Part shown: positions 33,771-47,011 of the stretch, one piece after another
Numbering within the stretch: position 1 is the first letter of the stretch
How the letters are laid out: every line of letters begins with the position of its first letter
Assembly: GCF_963921235.1 (NCBI RefSeq)
Contig: NC_086109.1
Span: forward strand, 18,292,001 to 18,356,000
Length of the DNA: 64,000 nucleotides
DNA from: Mobula hypostoma
Taxonomy: Eukaryota
Direction: 5' to 3'
The notes under the pieces: generated by a model
What the model was told of the DNA's origin: nothing
Seen by the model: only the letters and a program-made list of their open reading frames with translations
Databases searched by the model: none
Translations under genes and position numbers: made by a program

Positions 33771-36050
33771 ATTGGGGGCTGAGGCTGCAGCCTTGCGGAG
33801 CGCCAGTGTTGAGAATAACTGTGGGGCAGAAGTTTTGCCGCTTATCCTTACTGATTGTTAGTCAGGAAGTCAAGGGTCCAGTTTTAGGAGGAGGTGATAA
33901 CTCCCAGGTTTGGGAACTGCATTTCTACTGCAGTTTCATTGTTGCAACAAGTGAGAACTGGTGAGGCCAGAACTGGATGGTATTTGTTCTCCGTCGCTGG
34001 ACCAGGAAAGGCGAACGAGGCTGATAATCTTGAAATTTGTTTGCAAAATACCTCCAGCGTATTTTGTCAATAGCTTTTGAATGTCTGCTGTGTTTAAGTA
34101 GCAGTGTTGTCACAGACATTGTAGGACGTAGGGCTTGGAGAAATAAGTTGCCCAAGTTGTCAATGGCTAGCCTTTGTTATCTATCCTGTGAGCAGAGTGG
34201 AGGTTCATTAACGATGAAATCATAAAGCAGACTGAGTTAGTTTTGTTCGTATATCTCTGCCAGATCTTGGGGGCATTGTGTCTGACAAGGTGAGATCGGA
34301 GAAGCTAGCCAATGTCAGCTGTATCAAAAAGTTATCAAGTTCTATTTCCACTTTCTCCAGTATGGAGTTGTAGGAAAGGCAGGTACACCATTGGAAGTAC
34401 CCTTCTCCAAGTGAGACATTAAAATGAGACTATCACTGCTGGATATAAAAGATCCCATAGCAGCAATTCAAAGAAGGGAAATTATAATCTAAATCCTTGC
34501 CAAGGTCTCTACCTCAGTCAATATTTCCAAAGCAACTTATCTGATCATCAAATGTTTGTGTGTGTGTGTGTGTTGTCTGCATCACTTTCTCCATTACAAC
34601 AGTGATTGTACTTGAGCAATAAACTAATTTGGGTTACTTTGAAAGGGATATTAAAAGGATTATAGAAATGCAACCTCGTTAACTTGCATTGATCCATCCC
34701 CTCCAGCATTTGCCCTCACTTGTGAAGATGGATTGATGTCTTAGCTGTTTTCTCTAGATATCTGGAGTCTGAGCCTGTGGTTGTAGCTCCTTGGTGGCCC
34801 TTCCTGCCTGTAGCACCCCAGGAAAACCTTGCATTGGTGCTGGTAACTAACAATGATCCTATCATCGTCGTTGAGCTAATCACTTATTGAGATGCTTAAA
34901 TTCAGAGAGAAAGGGATGTTAAACCTTTGTGCGGCATAGTGGTTAGCATAATGCTATTACAGTGCCAGCGGTCAAGTATCGAAGTTTATTTCCTGTCACT
35001 GCCTGTAAGGACTTAGTACATTCTCCCGTGACCACGTAGTTTTCTTCCCACTTTTCAAAGACTTGCATTTAGGGGTAGTGAGTCGTGGGCACGCTATGTT
35101 GGCATCGGGAGTGTGGTGGTATGTGTGGGCTGTCCCCAGCACTATCCTCATGGATTAGATTTGGCACACTTCCCTATATGTTTCGATGTACATGTGACAA
35201 ATAAAGCTAATCTTTCAATCTGAATTTTGGGAACACAGAGCTACTAAGATTTAGATTAGATTAGATTCAACTTTATTGTCATTGGCTTTGTATCTGTACT
35301 CAGCACAATGAAATGCAGTTAGCATCTAACCAGAAATGCAAAGAATAGTGTTATTTACAAAATAACTGTGAATAAAAGTAAGTGCTACAGCACACAAATA
35401 TAAAAGTACTGAGACAGTGCAATACTGCTTAGCGCTGTGATGTGAGGTTCAGCATGGTCACAGCCTCGGGGAAGAAGCTGTAACATGCTATAATGAATTT
35501 CATAATATACCAATGACTGTATTTTAAACAAGAATCATGTTACAGTGAAGGATGCTAAGTAATGTACCATTTTTTTAAAAAGCAATAAGGAGATACTGAA
35601 GGTTCTATAATAGGGTCATTTTGCTCATGTGTAAGACTATAGAAGTACTGTGACTGACCTGTGTGCACCTGTAACTTTTAGACCCAACATTTAACCAATG
35701 GCCATTGTTGACTGCACCAAACAAGCTACAATTATATCATAAAATATTTGCATCCTGTTAGGCTTGCCTACGACACACCTGTGGTAACGTCAACTGTATA
35801 ACTATAAAAATAAATGTCCTGATGCAGGGTTTTATCCTGAAATGTCGACAGTTCCTTTCCTCTCTTGGGTGATGCTCAACCTGAACAGGTCCACCAGCAG
35901 GCCGTTGGTCACTAAGTTGGCCTAAATGGTAAATGCTTCATTATGCAATATTTTGAATGTTTGTTGGTTACACTTTCTCCTTGAAGTTAGAGGATTGTGG
36001 GTTGAAGGTGCACTCCAAAGATTTGAACAGATAAATAGCCAAACATTTTA

Positions 36051-37324
36051 AACATAGAAACATAGAAAATAGGTGCAGGAGTAGGCCATTCGGCCCTTCG
36101 AGCCTGCACCGCCATTTATTATGATCATGGCTGATCATCCAACTCAGAACCCCGCCCCAGCCTTCCCTCCATACCCCCTGACCCCTGTAGCCACAAGGAC
36201 CATATCTAACTCCCTCTTAAACATAGCCAATGAACTGGCCTCAACAGTTTCCTGTGGCAGAGAATTCCACAGATTCACCACTCTCTGGGTGAAGAAGTTT
36301 TTCCTAATCTCGGTCCTAAAAGGCTTCCCCTCTATCCTCAAACTGTGACCCCTCGTTCTGGACTTCCCCAACATCGGGAACAATTTTCCTGCATCCAGCC
36401 TGTCCAATTCCTTTAGGATCTTATACGTTTCAATCAGATCCCCCCTCAATCTTTTAAATTCCAACGAGTACAAGCCCAGTTCATCCAGTATTTCTTCATA
36501 TGAAAGTCCTGCCATCCCAGGAATCAATCTGGTGAACCTTCTTTGTACTCCCTCTATGGCAAAGATGTCTTTCCTCAGATTAGGGGACCAAAACTGCACA
36601 CAATACTCCAGGTGTGGTCTCACCAAGGCCTTGGACAACTGCAGTAGTACCTCCCTGCTCCTGTACTCGAATCCTCTCGCTATAAATGCCAGCATACCAT
36701 TTGCCTTTTTCACGGCCTGCTGTACCTGCATGCCCACTTTCAATGACTGGTGTATAATGACACCCAGGTCTCGTTGCACCTCCCCTTTTCCTAATCGGCC
36801 ACCATTCAGATAATAATCTGTTTTCCTATTTTTGCCACCAAAGTGGATAACTTCACATTTATCCACATTAAATTGCATCTGCCATGAGTTTGCCCACTCA
36901 CCCAACCTATCCAAGTCACCCTGCATCCTCTTAGCATCCTCCTCACTGCTAACACTGCCACCCAGCTTCGTGTCATCCGCAAACTTGGAGATGCTGCATT
37001 TAATTCCCTCATCTAAGTCATTAATATATATTGTAAACAACTGGGGTCCCAGCACTGAGCCTTGCGGTACCCCACTAGTCACCGCCTGCCATTCTGAAAA
37101 GGTCCCGTTTATTCCTACTCTTTGCTTCCTGTCTGCTAACCAATTCTCCACCCACACCAATACCTTACCCCCAATACCGTGTGCTTTAAGTTTGCACACT
37201 AATCTCCTGTGTGGGACCTTGTCAAAAGCCTTTTGAAAATCCAAATATACCACATCCACTGGTTCTCCCCTATCCACTCTACTAGTTACATCCTCAAAAA
37301 ATTCTATGAGATTCGTCACACATG
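36051..37324 (-). mobile_element. 5'-truncated CR1, same subfamily as 3568-11410, with open RT frame
   Basis: ORF 36144..37349 has YLDFQKAFD, GVPQGSVLGP and FADD uninterrupted. ACATAGAA tail; candidate TSD ATTTTA (36045-36050, 37325-37330). Confidence 0.95.
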
Positions 37325-37589
37325 ATTTTAGTGGAGTTTTGGTCTGCATATTAAACTGAAGCTTTACCTGGCTGTAAGGGGCATTTCAGAAGCCCCAGGG
37401 CAGTATTTGACAAATAACTAATGGGACTAGATTAGATGGGAATTTTGGTGACACTGGACAGCTCGGCTGAAGGGTCTTTTAACTTGTCGTATGTCTCAGT
37501 GACTAACAAGAATATTGTCTTGGCCAGCATTAAAGGCTCAATGAAAAAACCAAACTGCTGGTTTGTTGGAAGTTCAGTCAGAAGCTGTT

Positions 37590-38081
37590 CATTCTGACAT
37601 GTCAGTCCATGGCTTCCTCTACTGCCACGATGAGGTCATGCTCAGGTTGGAGGACCAACACATTATATTCTGTCTAGGTAGCCTCCGATCTGATGGCATG
37701 GACATGGATTTCTTGAACTTATGGTAATTGTCCTCTTGGCTGCTCTTTCACCATTCCCATTCCTGTTTCCCTCTCTCAACTTATCTCCTAGCTGCTGGTG
37801 CTACTCCCCCTTCTCTTTCCTGCATGGTCTTCTATCCTCTCCTGATTTCCCCCTTCTCCAGCCCTTTATCTCTTTCATCAATAAACTCTACAGCCCTTTA
37901 CTTCACCCCCTCCCCCCTCTCCCAGTTTCACCTATCACCTACCACCTTGTACTACTTCCTCACCTCCCCCACCTCCTTGGTCTGACTCCTTCCTTCTCCC
38001 TTTCCAGTCCTGATGAAGGGCCTCGTCCTGAAATATCGACTATTTTCCATAGATGTTGCCTGGCCTGCTGAGTTGCTCCAG

Positions 38082-38110
<29 letters not shown>
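37590..38110 (+). mobile_element. Penelope-like element 3' end (GIY-YIG region C-terminus, pyrimidine-rich tract, terminal repeat)
   Basis: Reads HGFLYCHDEVMLRLEDQHIIFCLGSLRSDGMDMDFLNLW* (stop 37725-37727), like the RLEEQHLIFRLG..P.G.N.DF end of Penelope ORFs; ends in (TG)n. Confidence 0.8.
38006..38041 (+). ncRNA. Minimal type I hammerhead ribozyme motif
   Basis: AGTC-CTGATGA-AGGGC(CTC)GTCCT-GAAA-TATC-GACT: intact CUGAUGA and GAAA core, helix II, helix I AGUC/GACU, palindromic AUAU mini-helix III, AUC cleavage triplet. Confidence 0.7.
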
Positions 38111-38112
<2 letters not shown>

Positions 38113-40744
38113 GAGGGAAATGGGCAGTTGACCTTTCAGATCTAGACCTTTCATCAACCCATTTCCCTCTGCAGAAACTGCCAGACCTGCTGAGTTCAAT
38201 CTATTTGCGCCAGATTCCATCGTCCGCAGTCTCTTGTCTCCGTTAATGGTGTAGCATTAATGAAGTAGATTGGTTGATCATTGCTTTTTTTGGAATCTTG
38301 CAGCATGAGAAAGTAGCTGCCATATTTTCTACACAGCGAAGTACATAGTGGCCTGGTAGAATGTATTCTTGCCTTGTGATAACCAGTGCGTGGTATAGTC
38401 GGTCTGGGATTGCCAACAAAATGCTGCTTGGATGAGAATTTCAGTCTAAATGTCCTGGTACCTTGCATTTACACTCACCTTTACCATAGCAATGTCTCCT
38501 GTGCATTGTTTCATAGGAGTAATATCAAATGAAAAATTGACTACGAGACACATGAGATATTTGAACATATTAGTCAAAGAAGCATAATGACAAGCTTTTC
38601 TTTCCAGCATATGTCACAATCCTCAGACGAGTTAAGTTTTCGAGACGAAAGAAAGAGAGGGAAAGGGTTGAGATACAATGTCACCTATTTACTGTAAACA
38701 TCCCAACTGGAATGATGAGGTACCAGTGCCTCGGCTTAGCAAATATTTTGCAATAAATACACACAGAGCTATGAGAAAGCTCCTACATCGCATCCATGGT
38801 TTATTTAGTCCACAGTGCCTGAACAGAAGGGGAGGAAGCAGATGGGGGTGTGGGGGGGGAGTGGTTAAATTCACAGCCCATGCACATGAATGAAGGGCTG
38901 AACGGCCTCATTCCTTGGCAGCATAGCGGTTAGTGTGACGCTATTACAGCTCAGGACATCGGAGTTTGGTGTTTGATTCTGATGTCCTCTGTAAGAAGTC
39001 TGCACGCCCTTCCCGTGAGCGTGTGGGTTCCTTTAGACGCTCCGGCCTCCTCCCACACTCCAAACACTTGCTGGCTTACAGGTTAATTGGCTATTGTAGA
39101 TTGTCCTGCGACTAGGCTAGAGTTAAATATGTGGGTTGCTGGGTGGTGCAGATCATCCAGCCACAAGAGCCTGTCCCGCACCTTTTCTCTAAATAAAATG
39201 AAATTAGATAGCCAGTCCCTGAATGCCTTTGCAACAAGGTTCTGAAATGTCATTGATTCTCACAGTGCTGTGTGAAACCAGTTTGTCCTCTGATTGCACA
39301 ATGCAAACTGCAAACATTTCCTGACCTTCGCATCATAATCTTATTCAGATACACACCCATCTTTATATTTCAGTCAAACAAATGCTTTGCCTTTTCTATG
39401 AGATCATATTTGATCCGCAAGTAAACTTCATTGTTTATTTAGAGATATGCACAGTGACAGGCCCTCCTGGGCCAATGAGCCCGTGCCACTCGATTATATC
39501 CATGTGACACACTAAGCTGTACACCTTTGAAATGTAGGAGGAAAGCAGAGCTCCTGAAGGAAACAAATGTGGTCAATGGGAGAACATACAGACTACTTAC
39601 AGACATCGGCGGAAATGAACCCAGGCTGCCGGCACTGTAAGAAGCTAACCAGAAGCCCAGGTTCAGTGAGAAGAGAGCATGGATCCCTGACTATCTATTC
39701 TTGCGGAAATGCTCTTTATAGACGTGGTCAATTGGGGGGCGGCTTTTCCTGTATTGGACTGGGCTATATCCACCACTTCTGTTGGCTTTTCTGTTCCTGA
39801 GCTTTGGTGCTTCCATGTATAGTGACACTCTCCACTGTACATCTAGAGAAGTTTACCAAAGATCTAGGTGACAAGCCAAACCTGCATGTATAGGTAGAGG
39901 TGCTGCCGTACCTTCTTTATAATGGCACAGGACAGATCCTCTGAAATGTTAGCGCCAAGAAATTTAAAGTTACCAACCCTCTCCACCTCCGATCCCCGAA
40001 TGAGGGCTTTCTCACGGACCCCAGTTTCTCCTACCTGTAGTCAATAATCAGTTCTTTGGTTTTGTCTTTAAAAAAAAAAAAAATTACAACTTTGACACAA
40101 CACCATTCATCAGTATGGGACAGGTATTTTGGTCTAAATACTTCCCTGCTCAAATTTCTGGAGTAGGATTAGACCACATCCTCCAAGATGCTTTCAAACA
40201 GAACTCAAAGTTTGCAGTAAATTTATCATCGAAGTACATACATGTCACCATATCCTACCCTGAGATTCATTTTCTTGGGGCATACACACTAAATACAAAG
40301 AAATACAATGGAATCAATGAAAAACTGTACACGACAAAGGAGGATAAACAACCAATGTGGAAAGGCCAACAAATTGTGGAAATACATAAAAATAAAATAG
40401 TAGTACATATGTAATGAATATTGAGGAGTCTTTAAAAGCGAGTCCATAGGTTGTGTACTCAGTTCACTGTTCGGGTGAGTGACGTTATCCCCTCTGGATC
40501 AGGAGTCTGAGGGATGGCGAGGAATAACTGTTCCTGAATCTGGTGGTGAGGGAGTCGGTAACTTGACTTGGATTCTGTGAGATTCCCACAGTATTACTGA
40601 TGTTGCTTCTCTTACTGGTAACACCCTCTTTCATGGTGAGTTGTTGTACCACTATGGTAGTTGAATGCTTTGACACAACCTGTCCCAGTTAGGACAAACT
40701 TGAAACAGCCAGAGGAAATCAGCCTAAAGGAACATAAGACACAA

Positions 40745-40980
40745 GGAAACAGACAAAATGCTAGAGGAACTCAGCAGGCCAGGCAGCATCTATGGAAAAG
40801 AGTGAACAGTCGACGTTTTGGGCTAAGACATTCATCAGGACTGCTGAAGGGTCTCGGCCCGAAACATCAACTGTTTACTCTTTTCCATAGATGTTGCCTG
40901 GCCTGCTGAGTTCCTCCGGCATGTTTTGTGTGTGTTGCTTTGGATTTTCCAGATCTACAGCTTTTCTCGTGTTTGTGATG
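40745..40980. repeat. Palindromic Penelope-like insertion (two inverted terminal repeats)
   Basis: Arms ~40753-40835 and ~40845-40930 are reverse complements. Flanked by CATAAGACACAA (40733-40744) and CATGAGACACAA (40981-40992). Confidence 0.8.
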
Positions 40981-41234
40981 CATGAGACACAAATTGTTTT
41001 TTGCTGAATTAAATTTGAAACAGGTGCTGCAGCAGATTAGGAACCAGTATCACTCAGCGTGATTCTTCAGCTAATTTCCCAAGAAAAATTGTTTCCTTCA
41101 CATTGCAGAAGAGCTGAAAACTTACCTTCAAAAGCATTAACAATGGGTGATGCAGTGGTTACATCTTAAATCCCACTTTCTCAGTTGTGGAACTTAAGTC
41201 TGGTTAATTGTCTGCAATGTAAGCCAAGTCTCGA

Positions 41235-42010
41235 TATTCGTCCAGCTGGTAAAGTAGGCTGGGAAATAGCAGATGGAATTTGATGTTGACGTGTGTGGTG
41301 TTGCACTTTGTCAGGACAAAACGGGGTAGGACTTGTACAGTTAACCGTAGAGCACTGAGAAGTGGGTTAGAACCAAGGGATGTGGGAGTACAGATCCTTA
41401 ATTCCTTGAAAATGGTGTCACAGGTACATAGGGTCATAAAGGGAGATTTTTGACATATTGGCCTTCATAACTCAGAGTACAGCAGTTGGGATTTAATGTT
41501 GAAGCTATCTAAGAAGTTAATGAGGCCGCATTTGGAGTGTTGTGCATATTTCTAATCACCTTGCAGGAAAGCTATCAGTAAGATTTCATGATAATAAACC
41601 TGATTCAGATTCTGAAGATTGGAAGAGTACAAAGATGTTGAGGAGCTGAGTTGAAAAGTTTGAATGGGTAGAGGCTTTATTTCCCTGGAGTGTAGAAGGA
41701 GAGGAGATTCGATAGTGGTATACAAAATCATAAGGGGTATAGATAGGGTAAATGCAAGCAGTCTTTCCTTGCTCAGACTAGAACTAGAGGTCGTAGGTTA
41801 AGGATGAAAGGTGAAGTAATTAAGAGAAACCTGAGGAGGAATTTCGACACTCAGAGGGAGGTATGAGTAGTGGATGTGGGCTCAGTTGCAATATTTAAGA
41901 GGCGTTTGAAGAGGTAGGGGAGTTGATGGTGCAGGTCAATGAGACTAGGCAGAGTTTCAGTTCAACATGGAACAAATGGGCCGAATGTGCTGTCGTGCTC
42001 TATGACTCTA
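41235..42010 (+). mobile_element. Old CR1 RT/3' fragment
   Basis: Decayed WQMEF..KC.V.HF and RPHLE.C segments; ends in ctatgactctatg tail. Confidence 0.7.
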
Positions 42011-42519
42011 TGGTATTGATGGCTGTGCATCCACTGGATTATTGTTGTAGCTCCTCTGATTCCCTAGTGCCGTTCAGAGGAGGTGTGTGAATCTGAGAAA
42101 GAAATCAACCATTCTTACTGGGTCTAGCCTGTGTGTGATTCCGAACCTACCAGTGATTGTCCCACCCGGTGGTCACTGTTCGGTTGGAACTGAGAGCCGT
42201 CAATAGATGCAGCAATGATTAAAGGGGAGATAAGTGAAGATGTAAACCGACAGGTCACAAAGTCTGAGGAGTTTGGCTTCTGGAACAGCTTCTTACAGAG
42301 TTGCTTGGGTGTGCCATGACATAAAGTCCACTAATGTTTGCTTTTTCTGTGAAGGTTTAATGTTCCTATTGCATTCTAAGTGTGATTCCTCCAGGCAGTC
42401 AGATCTGGACCTCCAACCACATTAGTCACACCTGACATCAAACCCTCTCGGTGATCTGAATAGTCCTTCTCAATCACCACCCTCTGCTCCTACCTCCAAG
42501 CTAATTTTGAATCTACCTG

Positions 42520-43020
42520 CAGTACTGTGCAAAAGTCTTAGGCACACATATATAGCTGGGGTGCCTAAGACTTTTGCACAGTACCGTATTTGTCAGTGTA
42601 GAATGGAGAGAGAGTTTGTGAAACTGGCAGGAATGGTGAGGGTGGAGCGCTGCAGGAAGGAAGTGGGACAGGAGACAGAGAAGGGGTGCCGGGGTGGGGG
42701 TGAGGCACAGGTGCAGATGCACCCAATCTGAGGACACCAGGTACGGTCATTTGATTCCAAACAATTGGTTTGTTGATCATTACAGAACGTCTTTCTGGTG
42801 CTTCACACTCCCTCCCCTCTCCCTTCCTCTTTTTTTTTCCCAGCCATGATTCCCCTCTCCCTGCCCCCTTCTCACAATCAGTTCGCAATAGAGGCCCGTA
42901 TCAGAATCGGGTTTATCATCACTCACATATGTCATGAAATTTGATTTTTTTGTTTCCTGCTGCAGTACAATATAACATGTAAAATGACTACAGTGCTGTG
43001 CAAAAGTCTTAGGCATCCTA
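42520..43020 (+). mobile_element. Composite Tc1-type element, copy 5 (best-preserved left end)
   Basis: CAGTACTGTGCAAAAGTCTTAGGCAC-acatatatagctggg-GTGCCTAAGACTTTTGCACAGTACCG mini-MITE, shared body, then a second CAGTGCTGTGCAAAAGTCTTAGGCA at ~42991. Confidence 0.85.
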
Positions 43021-43613
43021 GTAATGTGACTAGTTCTCCCTGGATTCCGATGGGAACTAACCTTCTATACCAGCCTACTATGCAGAACCTTGTCAAGGAC
43101 TTGCTGAAGTCCAAATAAACAACATCTGCTGCCCTATCTTCATCTGATTTTGTTATTTCTTCAAGAAACACTAAAAGGAGGCACGGTAGTGTAGCAGTTA
43201 GCACATTTGTTTTACAGCACCAGGGATCTCTTATCGGAGTTTGATTTCCGCCACTGTCTATAAGGAGTTTGTGTGTTCTCACTGTGACCGTGTGGGTTTC
43301 CTCCGGGTGCTTCAGTTTCCTCCCGCCTTTCAAAGACCTACCTGTGAGGGTTAGTGAGCCTTGCCCATGCTATGTTGGTGACACTTTCGGACTACTCCAG
43401 CACCACCTTGCTGATTTGATTTGACTCAAACAATGCGTTTCAATGTATGTTTCAATGTATAAGTGACAAAAAAAGCTAATCTTTAACTTCTAAAAAAAAA
43501 ACACGATTTTCCACATACTCTGCATGCTGACTCCTAATCAGACTTTGTCTATCAAAATGCTGGTAGATCCTGTGCCTCATTCCCTCCAAAGACCCCTCTA
43601 CTGATGGCAGGCT

Positions 43614-43756
43614 TGTTGCGTATACACAGAACAAGAACGATAACAGAGTACCAAGTCTAAACATTGTACATGCTGGGGAACTTGCAGTATGGGAACGATG
43701 AACCGGGAGTGCCGAGACAAATGTGCGCGTCCTCGAAAGCCTGCGTATGCGTAACA
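43614..43756. mobile_element. 143-bp solo-LTR-like insertion in a CR1 fragment
   Basis: TGTTGCGTATAC...GTATGCGTAACA termini; 5-bp TSD AGGCT (43609-43613, 43757-43761). Confidence 0.75.
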
Positions 43757-45039
43757 AGGCTGATCTCCTGGTCGTTACCTGGATTGTCCTTGCTACCCTT
43801 CTTAAACAACGAATAACATCAGCCACATTCCATTTCTTGGAAACTTCATAGGTAATTTTCTTGAATGATCTTGACATAAACTTAAGCCTGCCCGGCTCTG
43901 CCAGTCAATGGGATGACCAAGATGATCTTTATCCAAGGTCCATTTTCCTGCCTGTTCCCCAAAATCCCAAATATCGATTATGCTCAGCCAAATCAGTTTG
44001 ACTCTATCATCGGTGGGAGCTTGCTGTGCCTGCACTGGGTGCAGTGATAGCGCTTTGGCCAAACTTTGTCCCCAGTGAACATTTTGGGAAATTCTGAGGA
44101 CATGTAAGCTCTGTTGTTGACAAAGTAATAGTGTGTGCCCTTTAAGTGCACTTGGGTAAGCATGCAAAGAGAATGATTTAATTGCATATCTGTTTTTCTT
44201 GTTTATAGCACCAGAATGTATAATTACAGTACTGGGATATAGCAATCGCATATGCAGTTCACATATTATATCTATCCAATTTCTGAAAGCCTGCTAATAA
44301 TAGCAGAAGACATCACTGCCTTGCACTTAATAAGCCTGCTCTAACTGATTAGAATCTTGTAAGGTTTATTTGGCCAATGTGCTGTTGAACATAACAAACT
44401 GGTGATAATGTTCAGATTGTTACCACAAAGTAAGGTCAATGTGAGTAAAGCAGCTGGATTGAAAGGAGTTGGATAACTACATGAGAGAGAGAAAGAAACA
44501 GAATGGTAACAACTTGATATTGCATGAAAGACATTCACTTTAAAGAAAAAACAAGATCCCAAAGCACTTCAGAAAAGCATTTAAAAAAAAAAAAAAATAG
44601 GAGCAGGAGAAGGTTGTATGAGCCCCCTTGAGCTAGTTCAACCTCCATTAAGATGATGGTTGACCACCAGAGTTGTTTTCCCCCAAACAATTTCCATTTT
44701 TTTTTACCAGTTCTGAATCAGTCTGTCCTGGTTTTCAATATGGCTAGTGTTTTATCTGTCGCTGCTTCCTAGACTGGGTCTTTCCAACAGTTCAAACCAG
44801 CAAAGAGGAGAACTTCCAGGTCTTCAGATTAAGGGTTTGATCTCTTTTCTGAAGACTTGGAAGGATCAGAGGAAGGAGCAGTATAGAAATGAGCCCTTTC
44901 CATTCAACTTATCCATGGCAACCACATTGCCTATTTGCACGAATCCCATTTCCCACATTAGTCAAGTGAGTCCCTGCACCACTTCCATCCAAGTGCCCTG
45001 TCTTAAAAGCCTTTTAAACGTTGGAATTGTCTGGATGTT

Positions 45040-45580
45040 GGGGTCGTGATGATGGATGCTGCTTTTCCTGCGACAACGCTCCAAATAGATGTGCTCGATG
45101 GTGGGGAGAGCTTTACCCGTGATGGACTGAGCCTTATCCTCTACTTTTTGTAGGATTTTCTGTTCAAGAATATTGGTGTTTTCATACCAGGCTGTAAGGG
45201 AACCGATCAATATACTCTCCTCCACACATCTATAGACATTATTCAAAGTTATAGATGTCATACCAAATTTTTGCCAACTGCTAAGCTATGCTTTCTTAGC
45301 AATTGCACTTGTGTGCTGGGCCCAGGGCAGATCCTCAGAAATGATAGCTCAGAGGAATTTAAAAATGCTGACCTTCTCCACCTTTGATCCCCAAAGAGGA
45401 CTGCTCATGGACCTCCAGTTTCCTCCTACTGAAGTCAATAATCAGCTTCTTGGTCTTACTGACATTGAGTAAGAGGTTGTTGTTATGGCACCACTCAGTC
45501 AGATTTTCAATCTCCCTCCTTTAAACTTAAATATGGCATTGGAGCTGTGCTTATCCCTACAGTCATAAGTGAGTAGAGCA
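45040..45580 (-). mobile_element. Rex/Babar-type LINE fragment
   Basis: ORF 44962..45261: YRCVEESILIGSLTAWY...LQKVEDKAQSITG. Confidence 0.75.
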
Positions 45581-47011
45581 CGGGGATTTTCGCCTATTAT
45601 TGGGATCCTTTTGCATATTTACAAAATGCTTGTAAATTTTCTGTTGCATCTTGCTTCCCAATTTTAGCTTTGCAATCTCATCCTCCAAAGAACTAATGCT
45701 AACTAACAGTGTAGGGTCATATGGAGAGATGGCATTGCCTACCAAGTCTGTGTGAAACATCAACCACCCATTCACATGGATCCTACATTCACCTCTTTTT
45801 CTTCAAATCTGCTCACTTTCCCATCAGCTCCCAACAGATTTTAATGCTCAGCTACACACATTCAGCAGTTTACAGTGGCTAACCTACACAACCCATACAA
45901 CTGGGAATATGGGAGATACCCAGAACACCCAAAGGAAAACCATGTAGTCACACAGATGTCTGCTAAGGTCAACATTGAACCCTAGTCTCTGGCACTGTAA
46001 GGTAGCACCTCCACTAGTAATGCAACTATGCTCATCCTCTATATATACTTGTAGAAGCTCTCATGGCCTGGAATAAAAAGTTGATGTTTTGGACTGAGAC
46101 CGTTCATTGGGAAGCTGCCTGACCTGCTCAGTTTCTTCAGCATTTTGTGGTGGTGTTCTGCATTTCCAGCATTCGCAGATTCTTCTGGGTTCAGCAGACT
46201 CTTGTGTTTGTGATTTTCTGCTCTTCTGGCCTGTTTTTTTAAAAATTATTTCTGCTTTAATGATATCTCACGACAATGCTACAAAAGAACATTTGACTCG
46301 GAATCATATAGGAAGATCTAAAGTTAGCAAAAAACTTGGTCAAACTGAGAGATTTTAAAAAAAACATTTCAGAGCAGAGGAACATAAGGGCACATAAATT
46401 TAGTGGTGGGTATAAGGCATGTAGTCTGAGCAATTGTAGGAGGTGGAAGAGCAATAACATTGGGCTAGAGTTCAGATTTGGAGGAGATAAGGAAGCCTGA
46501 AGCATTATAGAATTGGAACATACAGATAAAAGGAATGGTGTAATCATTGAGACGTCTGGTAATAGGGATGAGAAGTTTTAAAATTCTTGTTTGTAGTTCT
46601 CAGAATCAAATAAACACATGAAAAACACTCAATAGTACAAACAGACATGATTTTTACAAGAGTACCAGGAAGCATCGCGATTGGTATGGTCCAGAAAAGG
46701 AATGAAATTTTCATTCTGTGGCCAATTCAGGACTCCAATTATAGATTCTGTCCTTTCAGATACTAGATTTGCATTTAAGAGAACCAGGACTGGAGGAGGA
46801 ACAGCGATCTAATTTCTGATTGGTGTTTTATCTTGAGCTAGGATACATATAACAGAGTTTACTTGGGCTCAGGTTTATTTTGGTGGAAAGGATAAGAAGG
46901 TAGCCAGCAGAGCCTTGAAATAGGTTCATTAGTATTGATGTGTCTTCAGTGAAACTCTTTATTCCACCTTCCTTGAATCATATCAGTTGTTCATTCTTTT
47001 TCAATTTGCAG

